Below, one piece after another: positions 11,196 to 23,450 of a stretch of 64,000 nucleotides of DNA; position 1 is the stretch's first letter, and each line of letters starts with the position of its first letter. The translations under genes and the position numbers were made by a program. The stretch lies in assembly GCA_951406725.2 (NCBI GenBank), contig OX597824.1, positions 37,634,001 to 37,698,000 of the forward strand. Direction: 5' to 3'. Under the pieces are notes generated by a model. The model was not told the DNA's origin, ran no database searches, and saw only the letters and a program-made list of their open reading frames with translations. The DNA comes from Octopus vulgaris. Taxonomy: Eukaryota.

Positions 11196-12119
11196 TGTGG
11201 TAACCATAACTACAATTTAATGCAAGGTTACCATCACCCTCATTAATTAGTAATGATAATCACCTTAATTAATAATTAGAAAAGGTCTTATTGAGTTGCA
11301 GCTTTGATTAGCCGCTACTTAACCTTATTTAGTTATGGTCAGAAGAATATATCCTAATTAGTGTAATTATTATATTTCTTAATTAAAATATGCCCCCAAC
11401 ACTTCTTTATGATAATTTGGCAAATTCGAAACCCGTTAGCTCGCATTCCTTATTCCATCTAATGCGGAAAACCGTTTTAATTCAGAATGCTGGTAAGCTT
11501 TAAAACATTTCTAGCAAAAGATTTGAAATCGCTTTCAGACTAATCTGGTTCTTTTCATTTCCAGGATTATATCTTCGATTATATTGGTAATGAAAGGCAA
11601 TACAGTATTTTTGCTGAGCAATTTCGAAATATTCATTTCTGTTGCCATAAACCAGACTTCAGAAGAGGTTTGCTAGTATGATAGCATTTCGTTATTCCCG
11701 TAAAGTAATCCTATCAATAAATTTTCCACAGCCATCTGTAGAATATGAAATATTTATGAAGCTGTACGTATTGCATTATCCCACAAAGCCGAAACAAATG
11801 GCATTTATATCATGATTCAGAATCGTTTTTTTGAACAACAGAAATGAAGAATATAAAAGAGTGAAGAATATGCGTGACTTATACACTGTCCTGGCACTCT
11901 GGCATTAATGTATTTTTAATATTTTCAAGTTATATCTATTTTACCGAAATTAGATTATATAAAATATATAATTTCTAATTTGGTTTGAATTTTTCTTTGA
12001 AAGCTGATTAAGTATAACAGTTTAAGGTGTCTCTGTCTACATATCGTTGTTCACCTACGTCTGTCTGTGTATACGATATAGTGGTATATCTATCTCATCA
12101 TCTCTCTCTTCCCGCCCTC

Positions 12120-12186
<67 letters not shown>

Positions 12187-13202
12187 AAATATTTAATGCA
12201 CTCAAATCATTATTTATGTGATTAGTATAAGATTTTGAAAGAGTTCATAAAATTATGTGGTCGATAAAGATTTAAAAAAAAAAATCAGAATTCAAAGCAA
12301 GCAATGTGCTGAATATTCTTTTATTCTTATATTCTAGCAAAATATTCTTTTCTGGTATCTTCGGGAAAGTAGTGAGCAGAGAATACTTTATAATGGCATT
12401 AAATGAAAGTTTAAGGACGATTTTTCGTTTATAAGCAGCAGAATTGGAATTAGAAAGGAAAATTTGTCAGTTATTGATTTCTTTAAAGAAAATCAATTTC
12501 AATAAGAGTCAAAAACAAAAGCAATTTATATGTATGTGTGTGTGTGTGTGTATACGTGTGCTTTTGTATGCTCTGATGTGTGCATGTGTACGCCTATCTA
12601 TGCATATATGTGGGCGTCGTTATACATGTCTGTGTATACGTACAAATATAGATTGTGTGTGCGTGTATGTATGTGTGTGTGTGCTAGTGTGTGTGTGTGT
12701 GTGTGTGTGTACATGCGAGGGATGTATATACATATATGTGTTTATGTGAAAAGATATATATATATTTAAGAGACATGATTTAGATTGTTTTCCATCTCTC
12801 TCAAGACGTTTCTGATTCGTAATTCAGAAACGTTTTTTTAAATTATTATTTCAGTTCCTTTTGACTCATATATTACCAGCTTTCTTTTCATTTCTTATTA
12901 GTTGTCACCGAAACTCTAACACCGAACGTGAGAACCACTTTAAAGAGATAGGCAAAATTTTATAAAAACAGTCACGACGGAAATAACGACCAAATAATAT
13001 GGGTGAAATCTCAAGGTGCAAACGTAAGTTAAATTGCAAAACATCAAGCTTCACTTGAATCCAGATCCACTTCAGTTGTTGGTATTGTTTAGCTTTTGAA
13101 ATAAAGAAAGATGGAGCAAGTAACGAGAAAGAGGAACTCGTTTCCTAGCAATCATAAAAGAAGCAATCTATTAATTTACTCTAAACCCCCAACAAAACTC
13201 AG

Positions 13203-13275
<73 letters not shown>

Positions 13276-13279
<4 letters not shown>

Positions 13280-13610
13280 TCGCCATACTAATATGGCATT
13301 CTTATAAAAATAAGAATAAAGCTGTCCGCTTATTAGCTCCATGAGGCCATCGCCTTAAGTTAGCTATTCGATACACAAACTGTATCCATATAACCTTCGA
13401 ACAAGGGAGGTCAGTCGCTCCACACTACTTGACCGACAGCTACAGACGCGTTTCGGGGTATTGCCCCTTTTCAATGTAGCGTAGTCAGACCAGTAGGTGT
13501 CGCTTCCGACAATCTCTGTTCGAAGGTTTTATTTACCTAGCTTCGGTGGAATACATCCACTTGTTTTCAATAATAGAAATATTAAAATTACATTTAGTCG
13601 AATAAACAGA
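13276..13610 (-). mobile_element. Short non-coding element beside (TA)n carrying a hammerhead motif; probable Penelope-type terminal repeat
   Basis: It starts at the end of the (TA)n tract at 13208-13275 and contains the HHR at 13439-13480, enclosed by the inverted repeat AACCTTCGAACA / TGTTCGAAGGTT. The right boundary is approximate. Confidence 0.6.
13439..13480 (-). ncRNA. Minimal type-I hammerhead ribozyme motif, U3-A8 core variant
   Basis: Minus strand GCTACA-TTGAAAA-GGGG(CAATA)CCCC-GAAA-CGCG-TC-TGTAGC: perfect 6-bp stem I, 4-bp stem II, palindromic stem III (ACGCGT) and a GUC cleavage triplet. Confidence 0.8.
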
Positions 13611-13612
13611 CA

Positions 13613-13775
13613 CCAGGACTTATTCCTTGTAAGCCTAGTACTTATTCTATCGGTCTCTTTTGACGAACCGCTGAGTGACGCGGACGTAAACACACCAACA
13701 TTGGTTGTCAAGCGATGTGTGGGGGGGACAATCACAGACACAAACAACAAACACATACATACATACACACACACT

Positions 13776-13807
<32 letters not shown>

Positions 13808-14048
13808 CATACGACGGGATTCTTTCAGTTTCCGCCTACCAAATCAACTCATAAGGCTTTGGTCGGCCCAAGGCTACAGTAGAAGACAATTGCCCAAGAT
13901 GCCACGCAGTGGGACTGAACCCAGAACCGTGTGGTTGGGTCGACCAAAGCCTTGTGAATGGATTTGGTAGACGGGAACTGAAAGAAGCCCGTCGTATATA
14001 TATGTATGTGTGTGTGTGTGTTTGTGTGTCTGCGTCTGTCCCCCCAAA
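13613..14048 (-). mobile_element. tRNA-derived SINE family B with an inverted partial copy (13938-14048, +)
   Basis: It matches the full copy at 41883-42318, with an internal (CA)n. The segment CGACCAAAGCCTTGTGA..GAAGCCCGTCG is repeated in opposite orientation. Confidence 0.8.
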
Positions 14049-14377
14049 TATTGTATCTAACAAACAATATTTGGGAGTATATAAGGAGTCAGCGTATGAG
14101 TTCTAATACATACTCGTTGGGATACGCCACTTGTGGATATCGTCTAATTGGTAAATGTGACAATTAGGATTCACTACGTCAAATAAACGGTGATTTCGCT
14201 ATTTATAGTATTACGTCTATCAATGGTACATTTCTGCTGCTTATTGACCTGAAGTATCAAAGACTTGAGTATTATAGACATGCACATAGTGGAATTGGAT
14301 GATGAGGCCAAACTGCCGGCTTTCGGTCGTTCGTGTGACGTTTCAGTACAATGCGCATTCACACTGACGGACACAAA

Positions 14378-14778
14378 TATTGGCTTCAAATTTTGGCACA
14401 AGGCCACCAACTTGGGGGAGAGGGTAAGTCGATTATATCGATTCCAGTTCTTAACTGGTACCTATTTTATCATCCCCGGAATGATGAAAGGTAAAATCAA
14501 CCTCAGCGGAATTTGATCTCAGACCGTATAGACGGACGAAATACCTATTTCTTTACTACCCACAAGGGGCTAAACACAGAAGGGACAAACAAGAACAGAC
14601 AAACGGATTAAGTCGATTATATCGACCCCAGTGCGTAACTGGTACTTAATTTATCGACCCCGAAAGGATGAAAGGCAAAGTCGACCTCGGCGGAACTTGA
14701 ACTCAGTACGTAACGGCAGACGAAATACCACTAAGTATTTCGCCCGGCGTACAAACAATTCTGCCGGCTCGCCGCTTT
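14378..14778 (-). mobile_element. SINE family A, composite of a young body and an older body with a different tail
   Basis: Junction GACGAAATAC|CTATTTCTTT at ~14543. The downstream unit is diverged and ends in ..GGCCTTGTGCCAAAATTTGAAGCC. Confidence 0.8.
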
Positions 14779-15489
14779 AATAGAGACTAAAATTAAAAAC
14801 TTAAAGACTAAAATTACATTGGAATTGATCTTATTAAAAAATGGTTGGCATGCAAAGCAGTATTCTAGCGGGTATTTTTCTCCATGGCAAACATAGTGAA
14901 AATGGCCTATTTTCAGGTTAGATATGTCCCAAACATATTTTTAAGTGATCGAAAAGTTTGATCTGAATAATGTTTTTCTAAGGCTTGAAGATTACTTGAT
15001 TGTGTATGTAACATGAAGACTATATTACATACACAGACACGCGCGCGTGTAAACACACACAGACACATACATATACACATGAACACACAAACATAAAACT
15101 TCCACAAACAAATAGCAGGCAATTACATATTTACTTTGTTTGAGACAAAGCAAACGATTGTTGGACGGAATGAAATTTATTAAATGCTGCCATTATATTA
15201 GAGGTATGACGAGGTAACAGCGCTAAATAGTGATGTATATAATACAAACTTTTTACTAGTTTAAATATGCCTGAAGCATATTCAAACCCGTAAGAAAGCC
15301 ATTCACTGTGTTTTGTCAAGGAGAAAATGTCTCACTGTAGAAAAATAGGCGTAAATGCACCGAGTGAGTTCAAAGTGATCCCTAACCAGACTGTTAGATG
15401 CATGCATTTCGGAGTGGTTATTTCCCTTGCTGCAAACTGACACGAGAGATAGACCCCTCTTATTATATTCCCGTCACTGTTCAATGACT

Positions 15490-15784
15490 GTGGAGGCGCA
15501 ATGGCCCAGGGGTTAGGGCAGCGGACTCGCGGTCGTAGGATCGCGGTTTCGATTCCCAGACCGGGCGTTGTGTGTGTTTATTGAGCGAAAACACCTAAAG
15601 CTCCACGAGGCTCCGGCAGGGTGGTGATGGCGACCCCTGTTGTACTCTTTCGCCCCAACTTTCTCTCAATCTTTCTTGCTGTTTCTTGAGTAACGCTGCG
15701 ATGGACTGAAGTCTCGTCCAGCTGGGAGGAACACATACGCCACAGAAACCGGGCCCATGACCCTGGCTAGGCTTGAAAAGGGCG
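15490..15784 (+). mobile_element. tRNA-derived SINE family C, tail type 1
   Basis: A-box TGGCCCAGGGG and B-box GGTTTCGATTCCC; the tail GCGATGGACTG..GTCCAGCTGG..GAAACCGGG..GCTTGAAAAGGGCG is followed by an A-run. A second copy lies at 35326-35616. Confidence 0.85.
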
Positions 15785-16687
15785 AAAAAAAAATAAAAAT
15801 TCAATAACTACTTATACTAGTCAGCGGCTTGCCGTAAATAAAATACAGGGTGTCAGCGCTAAGAGATGTGCATAAATACAAGAGGTATTATAAATTCTAA
15901 TAGTATTATATCAACATATTCCGAATGGGGGAGGGTTGAGAGACAAAGCTGATCACACTGGAACTTGAAACAGCAATTTTATAACAACTCTAAATACTAT
16001 AACGTTGTTTTTAAATCCGGTGTTCTACAATATTTTTTTCTTCTGATGATGTTCCATGTATTTGTTTCGCGGGTAAAAAAAAAGCCAGCAGTAAAGATTT
16101 TAGAATACGAGGTGTTATTCCGATGCAACGAAGGAACTAGAACCAGAGCAGTTGAATATTAGAGGTTAATCATTGAATTCGGTGATTAACTTATAATCTT
16201 TCACCAAAAGTAACATAATTTATGGTTATAGAATAACTTTCCTGGGGGTGAACTCTGTGAGCTTTGATGAAGGGTGTCTACATCAACACCATCATCAAAA
16301 GTTTGTTACAAAGCCATAATTAACTTCTTAAATTAGCTTTTTAATTATAATCCTTTTTTCTCTACAACACCTAAGCTTGAATTTTCAGTCATATCTTTTG
16401 AAGTATTTTTTCAGTTAATAAACCACATTAATTAAAGGCATAATTATTTTAACGTTGTGTGTGTTTTCTTAAGGCTTCTGTGCAATAATTCCGAGTGATC
16501 ACCCGTTGCCAAGTCGAAATATCAATTCCACGTGAATAAAGTCATCAGTCAAAATATCTTCTTAATCAATAGGTAGGAACAGAGAAGTGTGGGTTTAAAA
16601 AGCGTCTGGAGGAATATGGGTGCATATATGTATACACACGCACACGCGCGTATATTATATGTGTATATATATTTGTATGTATGCGCG

Positions 16688-16726
<39 letters not shown>

Positions 16727-16881
16727 TATAATAAGGGATGACCACTAAGTGGACATCCAATATGCTAGAAGAAGATCACCTACGATCTAACCACAAAGAA
16801 AAGAATGTTCTCTAAAGAAATTCAGCCAACACCAGAACATAAGTGGGTAAGACAAATGAAAATATACAAAATACAGAATTA

Positions 16882-16950
16882 ATCGTAGACCGATTTCGTC
16901 ATTAACGATTTTACTTACGTAATCATCGTCCGTGGACTCTTCAGTACGAT
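16882..16950 (-). ncRNA. Type-I hammerhead ribozyme motif with extended stem II
   Basis: Minus strand ATCGTA-CTGAAGA-GTC[CACGG ACGAT GATTAC GTAA GTAAA ATCGT TAAT]GAC-GAAA-TCGG-TC-TACGAT: 6-bp stem I, canonical core and a GUC site. It lies ~160 bp downstream of a (TA)n tract. Confidence 0.8.
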
Positions 16951-17045
16951 CGTTCCAATTCAATATAATTTGTAGAACTATATACGGATTGTCCTCATAA
17001 AATTAGACGTGTGTACAGTTCTAAATTTGTGTATAGTTCTAAATT

Positions 17046-17822
17046 TGACGAATAGGGTGGGTTGTTTTTGGCAAGAAACTCACGACTGAGGAGAGATCAG
17101 TGAAAAGGTGCATTGCTGTCGTGAAGAATCTAATTCTTTGCGCTCCACAGATCCGGTCGCTTTCGCCAATTGTCCTCTCTCAAACGCTTCAAAACGTCGC
17201 TGTAGAACCCTCAATTAACGGTCTGGTTCTAGAGAACGAACTTTTGATGCACAATACTGCGGATGTCTAAAAACAAAAACGATGAGCATGCTCTTGATTG
17301 AGCGTGCGGCTCTGTCGTGCCTTCTTCGGTCGTAGAGATGAAGGGCTCTTCTATTGTAACGACCGCTGTTTCGTCTCAGGTCGTACCCATAGACCCTACT
17401 CTCGTCACTGGTGATATCCTCGACACGAAGGATAAGTTATCAGAGGCACACTGATGGAGTTCTTGACAGACTTCGTTCCTCCTGCTCAGTGGTCAGCAGG
17501 CGGGATGCAAACTTGGCAGAGACACGCCGCAAGTTTAATTCATACTTTAGGATTGCATACACAAATAGCATCAGCAATGTCGTTGGTTTTCTTTCGAAGA
17601 TCCTCAGCTGATGAATTTTCTCCATATTTCGGGGGTAACACTCGTGGCAGGTTTTCCAGATAGCTCATCGTCTTTCCAGGGACAGTATTCTCCTTTTGGT
17701 GCGCCCGTGCTACTCGAAACATTGCATACAACCCATAGCCTCGTCGCCGTAAGCTTGTCGAAGCATGATCAATATCTCTGTAGCAGATGTCCCAAGTTTA
17801 ACGCAAAATTTCACGTTGGTTC
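17046..17822 (-). pseudogene. Decayed mariner transposase fragment
   Basis: NVKFCVKLGTSATEILIMLRQAYGDEAM..QCFE (HTH region), ILKYELNLRRVSAKFASRLLT, ITSDESRVYGYD (first catalytic D region) and HDSNAPF..EFLAKNNPPYS, interrupted by frameshifts and deletions. Confidence 0.85.
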
Positions 17823-17899
17823 CTTGTATGTATGTATGTATGTATGTATGTATGTATGTATGTATGTATGTATGTATGTATGTATGTATACAAGACGAG

Positions 17900-18086
17900 G
17901 AGCTGACAAAAATGTTAGCAAGCCGGGCGAAATGCTTCATGACGTTTGTCCGTCTTTGCATTCTGAGTCCAAATTCATTCTTTCACCCTTTCGGGGTCGA
18001 TGAAATACATACCGATTGAGCACTGGTGTCGATGTAATCGACTTACCTCTCTCCCGAACATGCTGACCTTGTTCCAAAATTTGAAA

Positions 18087-18090
<4 letters not shown>
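17900..18090 (+). mobile_element. SINE family A, older monomer
   Basis: Head, CTTTCACCCTTTCGGGGTCGA core and ..CCAAAATTTGAAACCA tail. Confidence 0.75.
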
Positions 18091-18148
<58 letters not shown>

Positions 18149-18460
18149 AAAAAACGCATAACGCATAAAAGTACACGCGCGCGCGCACACACACACACAT
18201 ATATCCTGCAAAAACAACGGGATCAAACAGCTGATCGAAGTGATCGAATGTCGAACAGCCGACCAGAAACTAAACGTCGACGGCTAACTTGTATATTTGC
18301 TCTTGGTAAAGGTGATCTGGCGTAATGTAGAATTGGTGACTGTGTCCTCAGCTTACAATATACAGTATAAATCTTTATTTAAGTGAGATTTAGAATATGA
18401 TGAGCTTCATCCTATTACTTTATGATGATGATGATGATGATGATGATGATAACAACAACA

Positions 18461-19075
18461 TGTGGTATTGGCTGATGAAAGAAACATTAAAAAAGAGACC
18501 GAGAGCACTATACTGGCAGCGCAAGACCAAACTTTGGCCGCGAACCTTAGGAATGAGTAAGTGTCACCGCTGTGTCGCATCTGCAATAGGGTGGATGAAA
18601 CCATTGCCCATATCACGAACGAATGCTCTTGACTTGCCCCAAACGACTACAAGTTGCGGCGACACGACCAGGTAGCGTAAGTGCTACATTGGAAACTGTG
18701 CAAAAAGTGGAGGCTAGAGAGAGGCAAGATGTGGTATGAGCACAAGCCGCAGTGAGTGGCGGAATCGGAGACTAACAAAGTTCTCTGGGATTTCCCAATC
18801 CAAACAAATCAGGTGATAGACCGTACCTAGTGGTGCTGGACAGGGTGCACCACATATGCTATATAGCTGATGTTGCATGCCCCTTTGACCCATGAATAGT
18901 CAAGAAAGAAGGCGAAAAGATAGATACAACCCACCTAAGTACGAAATAGCCCAGCTAAGATAAATGAAGACGGTGAAGATAGTGCCAATTATTGTTGGAT
19001 CCTTGGAAACAGTATCAGAAGGCATCAAGAGGAATGTAAAGGAAATTGGAATAGAGTGCCTAGTAGAACTGTTAA
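18461..19075 (+). pseudogene. Old R4/Dong-clade fragment (CCHC and RLE region), a different family from copies 1 and 2
   Basis: ETESTILAAQDQ, SPLCRICNRVDETIAHITNECS, RHDQVA.VLHWKLCKKW, WYEHKP, VLWDFPIQT, IADVACPFD and IVPIIVGSL, with in-frame stops. It follows a (GAT/AAC)n tract. Confidence 0.88.
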
Positions 19076-19089
19076 ATTAAAAAAAGCAG

Positions 19090-19272
19090 GGAAAATAATC
19101 TAGAATCCTTGAACGGTACTGGATCGATCCCAAAATCTAATCAGTTTGTGCCAGTCACGAGGCAAAACATCTTTGAAATTTTCATCTGAATCCATCCAGC
19201 GGTTCTTGAGATATCGTGTCCACGGGCAAACAAACAAACAAACAAACAAGACTGACAAGGCGGAGGTAATAA
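19090..19272 (+). mobile_element. Possible Helentron/HINE-like non-autonomous fragment
   Basis: An internal (CAAA)n tract followed by a terminal AAGGCGGAGGTAAT, an architecture recalled from DINE-1/HINE-type elements. The fragment is partial. Confidence 0.4.
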
Positions 19273-19334
<62 letters not shown>

Positions 19335-19909
19335 ATAATAATAATAATAATAATAATCCATCGAACCACGGTGTCTCGATGGATCATCCTGTTCACTACC
19401 ATCATCTCACTGAATTAGTCAGCAACGTAGTTACTGCAATTTTATTGAAGTTTTAGCATTTCAGCTTCGCCGCTACAACGTAATTGGATCAATACAAATT
19501 AAAAATCAAATTAGCACTTTAAATTCCACCGTTTGCTCATTATTTGAATATTATTTACTTTGAAAAAAAAAAAAAGAAATATTTGATTGATAATTAATAG
19601 ATTCCTTGGCTTCTACGATACAAGGATATCAAACAATTTTGGTACAAACTAAATACAGACACCATATCCCCACCACCATCTACCACTACTACTGTGCTGC
19701 CGCTACTACTACTACTACTACTACTATAGTGTTGCAGTTCCTCTTCTTCCTCCTCCTCCTCCTCCTCCTCCTCCTCCACCACCACCTCCTCCTCCACCAC
19801 CACCTCCTCCTCCTCCTCCTACCACCACCACCACCACCACCACCACCACCACCACTGTGTTGTTGCTGCTGCTCTTCCTGGTCCTTCCCTCCTCCTTCTC
19901 TTCCTCTTT

Positions 19910-19940
<31 letters not shown>
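19273..19940. repeat. Compound trinucleotide microsatellites (CTA, TAA, CCT, CCA, TGC)
   Basis: Directly visible; source of the spurious poly-S/E/G/R ORFs. Confidence 0.9.
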
Positions 19941-20609
19941 ATTTTCTTCCTATTATTCATCCTACACAGGCGAAATCATTTTGCTTTGGATTTGACGTCT
20001 GATGAGCGACTCCTCGTTCTGCACAATTGGATATTCACCAAGCATGACTGCAAAAAAGAAAAAAAAAACCCAGACCTTTTGTTTTAAAACTCAAAGTTAA
20101 ATTTAAATCAAGTAAACCATAGCCATTAAATTGTCTGCTGTGACACTCTAAGGAAATGTAAAAACAGATGTAAAGAATGCTTTTTATGGCCTCAGTTTTC
20201 AAAGAGATTGTCTTTCATGGTTCGTTGATCATTCATTAGGGTAGAGGTAGGCTTTCATTTCTTTGCCACAGAGAAAACTTGAAGAAAATAGCTATTTAAA
20301 TTAAACGCAATTAAGAACTTAGCTGTAATTCTTCAATTAATTTCATCTTCTGAGAAATTCTGGATTTCGTAAACCTCTCACATAACGGTGAGAAATAAAG
20401 GTTTGTCATTTCTGGACTATTTCTCAATTCTCTTTGTGTTTGCATTCAACCGAAGATTTTTTCAAGTCACAGATCTCTGCACCTTCGAGTAACTTAAATG
20501 AATATACTACGGTATAGAAAACAAGTAAAAAACAACAAAAAAACAAACAAAATAAAACAAAACAAAAAAAAGTAGAAAAATATGGCTTGTTGACAAAATG
20601 CACTAACAC

Positions 20610-21160
20610 CCTTTTTACTAAAGACACAAAACCTGAAATTTGTTGGGGTAGGAGACAAGTCGATAACATCGACCCCTGTTCCACTACTACTTAATTTATC
20701 GAACCCGAAAAGATGAAAGGTAAAGTCAACCACAGCGGAATTTGAACTCAGAACGTAAAGACAGGCGAAAACCGTCAAACACTTCGTCCAGCGTACTAAC
20801 GATTCTTATTTCTTTATTGCCCACAAGGGGCTAAACATAGAGGGGACAAACAAGGACAGACAAACGGATTAAGTCGATTACATCGACCCCAGTGCGTAAC
20901 TGATACTTAATTTATCGACCCCGAAAGGATGAAAGGCAAAGTCGACCTCGGCGGAATTTGAACTCAGAACGTAACGGCAGACGAAATACCTATTTCTTTA
21001 CTACCCACAAGGGACTAAACACAGAGGGGACAAACAAGGACAGAAAAATGGATTAAGTCGATTATATCGACCCCCGTGCGTATCTGGTACTTATTTAATC
21101 GGCCCCGAAAGGCTAAAAGGTAAAGTCGAAGTCAGCGAGATTTGAACTCAGAACGTAGCC
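20610..21160 (-). mobile_element. SINE family A array of three units
   Basis: Two young bodies (junction ~20989) are joined at ~20806 to an older copy that begins AGAATCGTTAG. Confidence 0.8.
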
Positions 21161-21450
21161 TTGTGAGTGGACTTTGAAATTGAAAGGAGTCCGTCTTGTG
21201 TATGTGTGTGTGTGTGTGTGTGTGTGAGTGTGTGCGCGTGTGTGTGTGTGTGCGTGTGTATGTGCATGTGTGTGCGTGTGTGTGACCACTGCTTCACAAT
21301 CGGCGTTGGCGTGTTTACGCTCCCGTAACTTAACGGTTCGGAAAAAGTGAAAGATAAAATAAGTACCAGGGTCTACTCATCCGACTAAAAAAATTCTTAA
21401 AGGCGATGCTCATGCATGACCGTAGTCTAATAATAACTGAAGCAAACAAA
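21159..21450 (+). mobile_element. SINE family B, older headless copy
   Basis: CCTTGTGAGTGGA, (TG)n and CCCGTAACTTAACGGTTCGG..AAGTACCAGG match family B. Confidence 0.7.
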
Positions 21451-21499
21451 AAAAAAGGAAAAAATAACAAACTAAAAGCAAACGCAAAAGCATTTAGTA

Positions 21500-22420
21500 A
21501 TTAGTGGGAGAAGTATATCAGATAATAATGAGTATAACAAACTAAAGAAATTCATGCACATATAGTTGTGTATGTCCTGTATTGGTCCGGTTTATCTGCG
21601 AAAGTCATAGCATGAGAGCTCTAGTAATAAGAATAACAGTAGAAAGAAGGAAACGGGCGCATCTGTCCCTGCAACATTATAAACGACAACATACTAACTA
21701 ATAGCAACACTAATGTTAATTATGAGAACAAGCCCGAGAATATTAGGGCATATAAAGACGGATTACTTTGTATAATGGTTTGTGGGCAGTTCATGTAGCC
21801 ACAGATTACCCATGGAAATTCTTTAATACCTTCAAACAAGTATAGTAGGATTTTCATTTGGGTTACTGTAAAATTTGCATTTTCGACAACACCGAACATA
21901 ATTGCTATTGTAGCAACTCTAAACACGGGAAAATTGAAAACCTTCGAAGCGGAGGAAGGAACTAGTCTTTACTATGAATATATTTAAAATCTGAGTTCAC
22001 TTTAATGAAACAAATGTATCTGGTCAGATGTAAGAAAATACAGCGGGTGTTGATCACCCAATGTCTCATACAAAGAATAACATCTGCACTTATAAATACA
22101 AATTCATATAACCATAGGCTGAATGAATTATATAACTGTTGGAACCGTAACCAATGTCTAAGGAAAAATACAGTTTATAAATGTTCTGTAACGACACCTG
22201 TAAAAGCATATTATTAAAGAGGCACTTCCAGATCCATGAATTTGTAGATTCAAGGAGAATAATTTCAAATATTCTGTCGGGTGGCATGTAATAGGTAGTG
22301 CTCCTCCATATAATGGAAAGAATCCCTTGTACAATTTGTGCAGGGAGGAAAGACTTGAATTTCTCAAAAGCCGCTTTAATAAAAAAACTACAACAAAATC
22401 TAACAACATAATTCGTATCT
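21500..22420 (+). pseudogene. Penelope-like element remnant (RT linker and GIY-YIG endonuclease region)
   Basis: VKFAFSTTPNIIAIV, NCWNRNQCLRKNTVYKCSVTTP (cf. CNC..CL..N.VYKC.V) and KENNFKYSVGWHVIGSAPPYNGKNPLYNLCREERLEFL (cf. W.I...A.PY.....C.LC.EE). The frames are broken. Confidence 0.75.
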
Positions 22421-23099
22421 GTTCAAAAAAGAAATCTTAAATAATTAGCTTACTCTAGTACAAATAGATAAATTAAATACCTTAATTATGTCACTTTTGA
22501 TTATATTTCTTCCTATGAACCCATCTATAGAAATCCTGTCCCTACTAACCTGAATTAGGATTAATTGATTCGATATTTGGATCATATTTTCCCTTTCTTC
22601 ATTTTTCCCATTCTTTATTTTTTTTCCTTCCTTCATTTTTGTTTTACCCACTAATTAGCTTTTTAAGAATTCTGTTCCTAACAATTTGGAAATTTACATC
22701 AATTTTCAATCGCAGTCTGCTATTCTAACAACGAAAGTAATGTGATATGTTCTTTCTCTCGAATATATTTCCTTTAATAAAATTCTCTTTAAAGTAACTT
22801 AATTTTTAAAAATATATATATTTAATGTAATTTTATTAAATGATCGCAAACTTGAATTTCCATGAATAATCCTCATAGGCAATGTTTTTTATTAGACATT
22901 CTGTTTTCTATTGTGAATTGATTTGCACTTAAACAACCTTACACGCATAAATGCGAATTTATTTTGACATTAAACAAACACTATTACTATCTTCCTCCCA
23001 TACACTTCGCCTGAATCTAATAGAGAACCATCTCATGAGACCAATAACTCGCTACAGGGTAATAAATTATGAGAAAAAAATATGTGTACTTTCAGCTAT

Positions 23100-23450
23100 C
23101 TTCTTCCACAAACTCTGATTGTGTATATCTTCCCAAATATGGCTTCCTAGTTTCTTTTCAACAAGCATTTTCATGGACATTGTTCAGCTGAGCTCTCTTC
23201 TCTGGTTCCTCCTCCTAGAATTTATCAGCGATCGACTAGACTTGCATCCAGTTCTCATCAGTGTACTGTGCAACCTCCTAAGTGTCGTAAAGCACTTTAC
23301 AATACCAGTTTCTTCCCTCACACCTCTGAACTTTGAAATTCCCTTCCGCAAGCTTGTTTTCATCTTCAATATGACCTCCAGTCTTTTAAGACTAATGTAC
23401 ATCGCCACCTTCTGTCTAGCGTCCATTTTATTCTAGTAGTTCTTACGTTT
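23100..23450 (-). pseudogene. Possible Tc1/mariner-superfamily transposase N-terminal remnant
   Basis: Basic HTH-like text (..REETGIV.., RRNQRR..TMSM) resembles the Tc1/maT N-terminus. No catalytic triad was seen. Confidence 0.3.

Noticed and set aside
19995-20025. CTGATGA followed by a small stem
   Set aside because: There is no GAAA or stem III/I, so it is not a hammerhead.
19594-20087. Gly/Arg/Glu/Pro-rich ORFs resembling a transcription-factor low-complexity exon
   Set aside because: This is a compound trinucleotide microsatellite with no domain and no supported splice structure.
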